Of a DNA stretch of 64,000 nucleotides, positions 57,556 through 64,000 are shown one piece after another. The DNA lies in assembly GCA_965223265.1 (NCBI GenBank), contig OZ244999.1, forward strand, positions 384,001 through 448,000, in the 5' to 3' direction. The notes under the pieces are model-generated. The model saw only the letters and a list, made by a program, of their open reading frames with translations. It searched no databases and was not told the DNA's origin. Positions within the stretch are counted from its first letter, which is position 1, and each line of letters starts with the position of its first letter. The translations under genes were made by a program, and so were the position numbers. Origin of the DNA: Planctomycetota bacterium. Lineage in GTDB: Bacteria; Planctomycetota; UBA8108; SXIK01.

Positions 57556-59097
57556 CTACGGCAGCTCCCGCACCATGACATTGCGGTACTGAACGACACT
57601 GCCATCGTGGTGCTGCTGGAAGGCGAAGTGGCCTTGTTTGAGCTCGAGGTACTCGCTGATCTGGTCACGCTGCCGGGTTAGCTTGGTCCGTTCTTCATCC
57701 GACTGTGCCGCTGCCAGGCTCGCCTTCACGCGCTCTAACTTTTGCTGCATGTCGACGTCAACGACCGGTGCGTCATCGATTCTGATGACGATCCTGTCGC
57801 CAGTGCAAATGATGTGCTGCGTGAACCACGTATCGTTTTTCGTGTAGGCCTCGAACACCTTCTCGAAGTGGTAGAGACTCCCCGATCGAACGGGGTCGCC
57901 GTGCGACGCGTTCACTTGCGCCTCGTAGCCAAATGGCCATGACTCGCTGAGCTCGGCACGAAAGTACATGCCGCTGTTGCTGTCGGCGCTGACTTTGACG
58001 TCCGCCTTGAACTCGAAGTTCTTGTAATCGCCGCGTGGGCTGAAGATATGCCCCTTCTTACCCGTTCCCGTCAGCACTCTGCCGTCGAACTTCCAGTTGG
58101 CGCCTTCTTTTCGGATCCACTTCGGGAACGTCTCCGCATCGAGAATCGTCTGCCATTCGCCAGCGTTTCCCGGGGCTCGATAGAGCGATGGTAGAACTCC
58201 GGGCTCAGGCTGCCCGGCGGGCGACTTGCGCCGCGGTGCGACGAGCCACGCAGGGTCGAAGTCGACGCTGGCGCCTGCCGACGGGATGTCCGCCTTCGCG
58301 GTCCACAAAATGCCGTTGACGAGGAGGCGGCGGAAGTTCACGGCCTCGAAACTCTTATGAAAGTGCGCCCCGGTGTAGCCAAAGGAGCGGCCACCGTCTG
58401 GTCGTTCGTAGGCCCACGCGACGCGGCGATCGAAGTCGCCGTCTTTGTCAGGGATGCGCCCGACGACGATCGGCTGGGTGTACGGCATGAAGCGCAGGTT
58501 GAAGTAGATCTCGTCGTGCTGCGTCCACGGGGTGAGTCCGGTCGAAACAGGATGCGCGACGTTGGCGAGGCGTAGGGTGACAGTGTTGTGTGGGTTGCGG
58601 GAGTATCCCGTGTCGTAGAAAGCGCCAAGGCATTCCATGTAAACGTCGCCCAGGCCCTTCTTCTCCAGTTCCGGACGAATGTCACAGGCGAAGTGGAGCG
58701 TGGAGTATCCCATGCCACGGCGGATTTGTTCGAGAAAGAGCGAGCGCCTGTCGGCATCAGCGAGGACGAAATCGCCTCCCCACGAACAGAAGAGATGCAT
58801 GGCGTCGGCTCCGCGTACTTGCTCGGCCGTCGGAAACCCATTGATGGCGACGGCTTCCACATCAGGGTGTTGGTTCAAGCAAGCCGCCAGAACGCGGTTG
58901 CCGTGCAGATATTCATGCTCGCCGTAGCGGTGACTGGGATGAGTTCCGACGAGGAGAATCTTCTTTGGTGCCGCCGAAGCTATCGCGTTTGAGACGAAGA
59001 CGAGACCGAGTACGAGCAGGGCGCGGCGCCACCATGGGACGCCGGCGGGAGATGTGTTGTCGTTCGCGCGCGATGTTTCTGGAACTTGCGTCAGCAT
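57556..59097 (-). CDS. Exported ThuA-like plus DUF1080 (3-keto-disaccharide hydrolase-like) protein
   Basis: SHRYGEHEY, DEIYFNLRF, AWAYERPDGGRSFGYTGAH (ThuA-like). NSGMYFR, GYEAQV, GHFAFQQH, YRNVMVREL (DUF1080). Confidence 0.82.
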   Translation of the reverse strand: MLTQVPETSRANDNTSPAGVPWWRRALLVLGLVFVSNAIASAAPKKILLVGTHPSHRYGEHEYLHGNRVLAACLNQHPDVEAVAINGFPTAEQVRGADAMHLFCSWGGDFVLADADRRSLFLEQIRRGMGYSTLHFACDIRPELEKKGLGDVYMECLGAFYDTGYSRNPHNTVTLRLANVAHPVSTGLTPWTQHDEIYFNLRFMPYTQPIVVGRIPDKDGDFDRRVAWAYERPDGGRSFGYTGAHFHKSFEAVNFRRLLVNGILWTAKADIPSAGASVDFDPAWLVAPRRKSPAGQPEPGVLPSLYRAPGNAGEWQTILDAETFPKWIRKEGANWKFDGRVLTGTGKKGHIFSPRGDYKNFEFKADVKVSADSNSGMYFRAELSESWPFGYEAQVNASHGDPVRSGSLYHFEKVFEAYTKNDTWFTQHIICTGDRIVIRIDDAPVVDVDMQQKLERVKASLAAAQSDEERTKLTRQRDQISEYLELKQGHFAFQQHHDGSVVQYRNVMVRELP

Positions 59098-59298
59098 GAG
59101 CGGAGCATCCTTCTCAGACGGTCGTTGTATGATCACTAGAAGATTGTGAACAGGCTGGTCGAGCTGGCCGTGGTGGGCGGAGAGATCCCTCGCCGAGTCA
59201 TCTGTACCCGGTCCACCGGTTGACTTCAAACGTTTCACCTGGCGTTGGCGACGCGCCGCGGTAGGATTCGGTAGAGCGTCGACTCACAAAGGAGCCAC

Positions 59299-60477
59299 AT
59301 GGGACAGCGACCCAATCCGCGCCACGGCGACCCGCCTTCCGCATCGATTTGCTCCACTTGCCTGTCGAGATTCCTCCTGCCGGTCGTTTGGACGGCCCTC
59401 TTCGCTGCGCCGGATCTCACTGCGGCTGAGGACCTGCCGCCGGCGGAGCGGAGCCGCAAGAATGCGCGTCCATGGGCGCGGTTGCCGGTTCTCGGCCTCG
59501 GCGTGGAGCGAGCCGAGGATGGAGTGACGTATCGCCTCGTAGAGTCAGGTTCCGATGCTGAGTCGAACACTCTCTTTGTTGGGCGGCTTGACGAATGCGA
59601 CATCAAGCTCGTATCTGAGCTCGAGCGGCGACACGGCACCGGCCGTACGAACTGGCCGCTCTGGACCGCCGGTGGTCGCCAGTTTTGGGCCGACGAGTTT
59701 GTGTCGTGTGGTTGGCGCATCCAGCGTCACGTTGGCACGGGTCACCACCGACTTCTCGATCCAGGCAACGTGAGGCGAGCATGGGGAGATTATGCGGGTT
59801 GTCGTGTGGTTTACGAGAAGGAACGCGTGGCGCGGCGCTTGACGCCTCGGAGCCGTCGACTGGTTGTCTTGGCGCACGGTCTTCTACGATCCCGTGCGTC
59901 ATTTCGTCCTCTTCGTGAGGAGCTCGCTCTGTCGGGCTTCGAGGTCATCGATTTTGGCTACCCAAGCACACGTGCGAGCATCGAAGAGCATGCCGCGCAG
60001 CTCGGTCGCGTTCTGGACCGGACGAGTGGTGTCGACTCGGTCTCGTTCGTAACCCACAGCCTCGGCGGCTTGGTCGTTCGTCACTTGCTCGCACGACCTG
60101 ACTCCTGGCGTGAACGCCTGAAGGTTGACCGCTTTGTGATGATCGCGCCGCCGAATCGAGGCAGTCGGTTGGCGGAGCGTCTCGAGCACAGTTTCCTCTT
60201 CAATCTCGTCACCGGCCGCGCCGGAGGTCAGTTGACACGCGCCGCCGTCGCGAAGATCCCGCTGCCAAGCTGTTCGTTCGGTGTCATTGCTGGAAGTGGT
60301 GGGCTGAATCCGCTGCTTCCCGGCGACGATGATTGGGTCGTCACCGTTGACACGACGCGCCTCGCCGGCAGCGACGATTTTCTCCAGGTGCGCCACGGCC
60401 ACACGAAGATCTTACAGCGCCGCGCCGTCATACGAGCGACGCTCAGTTTCTTGCGTTTCGGGCGTTTTCTGCCGTAG
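59299..60477 (+). CDS. Alpha/beta hydrolase (lipase/esterase-like)
   Basis: LAHGL, THSLGG nucleophile elbow, APPNRGS, DDWVV, HGHT. Confidence 0.85.
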   Translation: MGQRPNPRHGDPPSASICSTCLSRFLLPVVWTALFAAPDLTAAEDLPPAERSRKNARPWARLPVLGLGVERAEDGVTYRLVESGSDAESNTLFVGRLDECDIKLVSELERRHGTGRTNWPLWTAGGRQFWADEFVSCGWRIQRHVGTGHHRLLDPGNVRRAWGDYAGCRVVYEKERVARRLTPRSRRLVVLAHGLLRSRASFRPLREELALSGFEVIDFGYPSTRASIEEHAAQLGRVLDRTSGVDSVSFVTHSLGGLVVRHLLARPDSWRERLKVDRFVMIAPPNRGSRLAERLEHSFLFNLVTGRAGGQLTRAAVAKIPLPSCSFGVIAGSGGLNPLLPGDDDWVVTVDTTRLAGSDDFLQVRHGHTKILQRRAVIRATLSFLRFGRFLP

Positions 60478-60548
60478 CCCGTCGACAGTGCGGTCGACAT
60501 TCGACTCAGGACCCGACCCGACCGCGAGGTCTGCCTTTGTTCGTGCGC

Positions 60549-61391
60549 CTATTCGGCCGCACCCGCAGAGGGGCAATGACGCGCCAGAGTGCAGTCGTCG
60601 CAGAGCGGTTTCTTGGCCTTGCAAACGGCGCGGCCGTGAAGGATCACAGCGTGGGAGAAGTACGTCCAGTGCTTGCGCGGCAATACTTCGGTGAGGTCAG
60701 CCTCGATCTTCACCGCGTCCTTGGTGTCTTTGCTGGACCACGTCAAATCGAGCCGCCACGCGATGCGGCCCACGTGGGTGTCGACGACAACGCCGTCATT
60801 TTGTCCGAACCAGGTCCCAAGGATCACGTTCGCCGTCTTGCGAGCGACGCCGGGGAGCGTGATCAGTTCGTCCATTGTGGAGGGCACTTCGCCGCCGAAA
60901 GTCTCGACGATCTGCTGACACGCCGCTCTGATGTTCTTAGCCTTCTGGCGAAAGAACCCCGTTGAGTGAATCAACGTCTCGAGCTCGTCGAGGTCGGCTG
61001 CGGCAAACTCGGTGGCGTTTTGGTAGCGTTCGAAGAGCGCCGGAGTGACGCGATTGACGTTCGCGTCGGTCGACTGTGCTGAGAGGATCGTCGCCACCAA
61101 GAGTTCAAGAGCGTTCGTGTGGTGAAGCGCACAGTTTGCCTCGCGGTAGCGGCGTTTTAGCGCCCGCAAGATTTTTAGCGCCCGATCTTTGCGCTCTTCC
61201 GCCCGTCGAGTGTCCGGCGCTGATTTCGCTCTCTTTTTTTGTTTCGCTTGGCGCGCAGCAGGTCTCTTCTTCTTCGGCGCAGCTTTTTTTGTCGTGCGCT
61301 TTCTTGTCGAAGTTTCGCCTCCAGTTGCGCGGCTCGTCTTTTGGCGCTTTTTCTTCGAGGTGGTGCGTTTCTTTTTTGTCGATGAAGGCAT
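60549..61391 (-). CDS. nth: Endonuclease III with a Lys/Arg-rich N-terminal tail
   Basis: LVATILSAQSTD, HhH LPGVARKTANV, VDTHV, 4Fe-4S motif C-X6-C-X2-C-X5-C. Confidence 0.95.
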   Translation of the reverse strand: MPSSTKKKRTTSKKKRQKTSRATGGETSTRKRTTKKAAPKKKRPAARQAKQKKRAKSAPDTRRAEERKDRALKILRALKRRYREANCALHHTNALELLVATILSAQSTDANVNRVTPALFERYQNATEFAAADLDELETLIHSTGFFRQKAKNIRAACQQIVETFGGEVPSTMDELITLPGVARKTANVILGTWFGQNDGVVVDTHVGRIAWRLDLTWSSKDTKDAVKIEADLTEVLPRKHWTYFSHAVILHGRAVCKAKKPLCDDCTLARHCPSAGAAE

Positions 61392-61504
61392 GCGCGCCTC
61401 AGGGAGTGCCGTGTTCGTGCTTCGATGTCCCGAAATCCTGACTCAGGCGCGGCGCGAATTCAAGTCAGGCGGTGGAATTGGCGAGTCGCTGGTCGTCGAC
61501 TTCA

Positions 61505-61699
61505 CGGAGTCAGACGCAGAGTCAGATACAGATACGGAGCCAGACGCAGAGTCAGATACAGATACGGAGCCAGACGCAGAGTCAGATACAGATACGGAGC
61601 CAGACGCAGAGTCAGATACAGATACAGATACAGGTGGCCGGCACGCCCACGCCCACTCCCACGCCCACGCCCACTCCCACGCCCACTCCCACGCCCACG
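61505..61699 (+). repeat. Bipartite hexamer repeat module (copy 5), no associated gene
   Basis: 30-bp higher-order unit CAGACGCAGAGTCAGATACAGATACGGAGC x ~3.8, a CCGGC linker, then ACGCCC/ACTCCC units (61643-61699). Confidence 0.93.
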
Positions 61700-61742
61700 G
61701 CGCTTGATGCGCTTCTCTTTCGCAACAACGGGAGACGACGTC

Positions 61743-62468
61743 TCACGCCGGCGAAGCGCTCACCTGTCCCGGTCGCACGAGAATTCGCGTCGCGGCGCGA
61801 AAGCCGAGCCCGACTTCTTTTCGCTTCTTACCTGGCCGTAGGACGACTGCTTCAGCTTCCTGCGACCTGGAGATGACCGTCAATTCGTTGCCGGGAACGA
61901 GTTGGCTATCCTCGAGGAGGCGCAAGAACTCGCGGCGTTGGTCGAGGATGCGTACCACGCGGACGGGTTGGCCGACAGGGCACGTGAGAAGAGTCGGATA
62001 GACGGTCTCGTCGATGGTGCCTGCGGCGCTCGGGATCGGATCTCCATGTGGATCGACAGCGGGGGAGCCGAGCATCTCGTACATTCGATCGATGACGCGA
62101 TCGGACACCGCGTGCTCGAGGCGATCGGCGTCGGTGTGGACCTCGCTCCAGTCCATCGCCATGAACTCAACGAGGAAGAGCTCGACAATGCGGTGACGCC
62201 GCAGCACGTGGCAAGCGAGTTTGCGTCCAGCGTCCGTCAGCTCGACCCCGCAGTAACGCTCGTACGACAGCAGACCTGAACCAGCCATGGCTTTGACCAT
62301 CGTCGTCACTGTCCCGGGGGCCACCTGAAGCGCCGCGGCGATTTCGCCCGTTGGAACTCGTCCGGGCTTTCGCCGCGACAGTTCCTTTCCGTAGATGCAT
62401 TTCAGATAATCCTCGATCGCGCTACTGGGGCGCGCGCTCTGCGTTTCGTCGTGCTGCGATGATGCCAT
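61743..62468 (-). CDS. mntR: DtxR/MntR-family metal-dependent regulator with a FeoA-like domain
   Basis: IEDYLKCIY, RRHRIVELFL, DADRLEHAVS, DPHGDPIP. Confidence 0.9.
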   Translation of the reverse strand: MASSQHDETQSARPSSAIEDYLKCIYGKELSRRKPGRVPTGEIAAALQVAPGTVTTMVKAMAGSGLLSYERYCGVELTDAGRKLACHVLRRHRIVELFLVEFMAMDWSEVHTDADRLEHAVSDRVIDRMYEMLGSPAVDPHGDPIPSAAGTIDETVYPTLLTCPVGQPVRVVRILDQRREFLRLLEDSQLVPGNELTVISRSQEAEAVVLRPGKKRKEVGLGFRAATRILVRPGQVSASPA

Positions 62469-62598
62469 CGGTGGTGCCAGTGGTAGCGGTCCGGCGGTGA
62501 GTATGCTTCCGATTCTGCTCAGCTGTGCGCTTCGTTCCGTCGTGTGCGGGGGGCGCGCCACGCCGATTACCTTGACTTTTGAGGTTAATGTAACTATT

Positions 62599-62618
62599 TT
62601 TTTTGACAAGTCAAAAAA
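62599..62618. promoter_or_regulatory. Palindromic operator candidate overlapping a TTGACA -35 box
   Basis: TTTTTTGAC-AA-GTCAAAAAA in an AT-rich patch between the divergent regulator and metal ABC operon. Confidence 0.65.
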
Positions 62619-62657
62619 CGATCATCGCCCTCCATTCTGCCGAGTGAGTACGTTCTC

Positions 62658-63581
62658 ATGAGAGCACATTTCGTTCTCATCGCGCTTTGTTTGACCGCGG
62701 CCTCGTTGCCGCTGGCCTGCGACGACGCGCCAGCGACCGCGCCCGACCGACCTGTCGTTTTGGCGACAACCGGAATGATCGCCGACGCGGTGCGCGCGCT
62801 GGCCGGTGAGGCGGTTGAGGTCGAGGCGCTGATGCGTCCGGGAGTCGACCCGCATCTCTTCAAGGCCAGCGAAGGCGACGTGCGCCGGCTTTCGCGCGCA
62901 GACCTGATTCTCTACAACGGGCTTCTGCTCGAGGGCAAGCTGGCCGGAGTGCTCGGTAAGCTCGAGCGGCGGCGCCGAGTTGTCGCTGTCGCCGAGGCCA
63001 TTCCCGCCGAGGAGCTGATCGCCTCGGACATCTCGGGCGGCCACTACGACCCGCACGTCTGGTTCGACGTCTCACTGTGGAGAACTGTGTGCGCGAAGGT
63101 TGCCGCAGAGCTCGAGGGGCTCGTCCCGGCGCACGCGAGCGCCATTCGTTCTCGGCTCGCCAGTTACGACACTGAGCTCGAAGAGTTGCATCAATGGGTC
63201 AAGACGGAAATCGCTACCATCCCTGCTCCCAGTCGCGTCATTGTCACCGCACACGACGCGTTCGGATACTTCGGACGTCGCTACCAGATGGAAGTCGTCG
63301 GGATCCAGGGACTCAGTACGGCTACGAAAGCTGGTTTGACCGACGTGCAGCGAGTTGTGACTCTTCTCGTCGATCGCCAGATTCCGGCGGTCTTCATCGA
63401 ATCCAGCGTTTCGCAGCAGAGTGTCAACGCGGTGCGTGAAGCCTGCCGTGCGCGCGGCCATGATGTCGTCCTTGGCGGTACGCTCTATTCGGACTCCCTG
63501 GGACCGGAGGGGTCAGGAGCCGACACCTACGTGACGATGATCCGCAACAACGTACGAACGATCGTGGAGGCGCTCCGATGA
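62658..63581 (+). CDS. Mn/Zn/Fe ABC substrate-binding lipoprotein (TroA/MntA-like)
   Basis: Lipobox LPLAC, GVDPHLF, YDPHVW, TAHDAFGYF, LYSDS. Confidence 0.92.
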   Translation: MRAHFVLIALCLTAASLPLACDDAPATAPDRPVVLATTGMIADAVRALAGEAVEVEALMRPGVDPHLFKASEGDVRRLSRADLILYNGLLLEGKLAGVLGKLERRRRVVAVAEAIPAEELIASDISGGHYDPHVWFDVSLWRTVCAKVAAELEGLVPAHASAIRSRLASYDTELEELHQWVKTEIATIPAPSRVIVTAHDAFGYFGRRYQMEVVGIQGLSTATKAGLTDVQRVVTLLVDRQIPAVFIESSVSQQSVNAVREACRARGHDVVLGGTLYSDSLGPEGSGADTYVTMIRNNVRTIVEALR

Positions 63582-64000
63582 CATCCGGACGTCCACGAGC
63601 TGACACCGCCGATGTCAACGCCGATGAAGGGAGCACCGCCGCCCCACCGGCGATCGAAGTCCACGACCTCACGGTCGCCTATGGGACGCTTCCAGTTCTT
63701 TGGGATGTAGATCTTGCCCTGCCGCAGAAGAGGCTGACGGCCATCGTCGGACCGAACGGCGCCGGCAAGAGCACGCTACTCAAAGCTGTACTAAACCTGG
63801 TGAAGCCACTGACGGGCTGGGTCCAGGTGTTTGGCGCCTCCTACCTTGATCGCCGTTCGTGGGTCGCCTACGTGCCGCAGCGCGAGTCCGTCGACTGGGA
63901 CTTTCCGACGACCGCGCTGGACGTTGTCACCATGGGGCTTTATGGGGAACTGAGCTGGTTTCGGCGGCCGTCAAAGCGCCATCGCGACCGCGCCCGACAC
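63578..64000 (+). CDS. Metal ABC transporter ATP-binding protein (TroB/MntB-like), 3' partial
   Basis: ATGA overlap. Manual translation gives IEVHDLTVAY...VLWDVD...GPNGAGKSTL...AYVPQRESVDWDFP. Missing from the ORF track because it is truncated. Confidence 0.92.
   Translation, partial: MTSGRPRADTADVNADEGSTAAPPAIEVHDLTVAYGTLPVLWDVDLALPQKRLTAIVGPNGAGKSTLLKAVLNLVKPLTGWVQVFGASYLDRRSWVAYVPQRESVDWDFPTTALDVVTMGLYGELSWFRRPSKRHRDRARH

Noticed and set aside
61511-61625. 30-bp repeats as a mini-CRISPR
   Set aside because: Contiguous tandem units with no spacers

Overview
GC-rich bacterial window, most likely from a planctomycete (inferred from dockerin-like RGDxN modules, a DUF1800/DUF1501 pair, a ThuA+DUF1080 protein and a PQQ-like propeller). 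It is mostly housekeeping and transport genes: Opp/Dpp ABC, a sensor kinase, trkAH, a Tm-1-like pair, a sugar ABC, an ECF sigma/anti-sigma pair, glnD-PII-amtB, ftsH, lipB, an E2 acyltransferase, nth, and a DtxR/MntR regulator with a metal ABC. I saw no rRNA, tRNA or CRISPR. The unusual content is mostly non-coding. (1) A bipartite hexamer repeat module, (GAGACR-like)n then (ACGCCC/ACGCAA)n, occurs five times in the same strand polarity. Four copies bracket two 107-codon four-helix-bundle (IVP/Avd-like) genes, one intact and one triply frameshifted; the fifth copy has no gene. (2) An IS110/IS1111-type element is inserted at an AG core inside that repeat. Its right non-coding end carries bridge-RNA-like guides matching both the repeat and its own circle junction, and its last 198 bp are present in three exact copies. 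(3) A palindromic MITE family has 4-bp NTAG duplications, and one copy lies in frame inside a kinase gene. (4) There is a candidate sigma54-driven small RNA. All family assignments come from motif recognition by eye, not from database searches.
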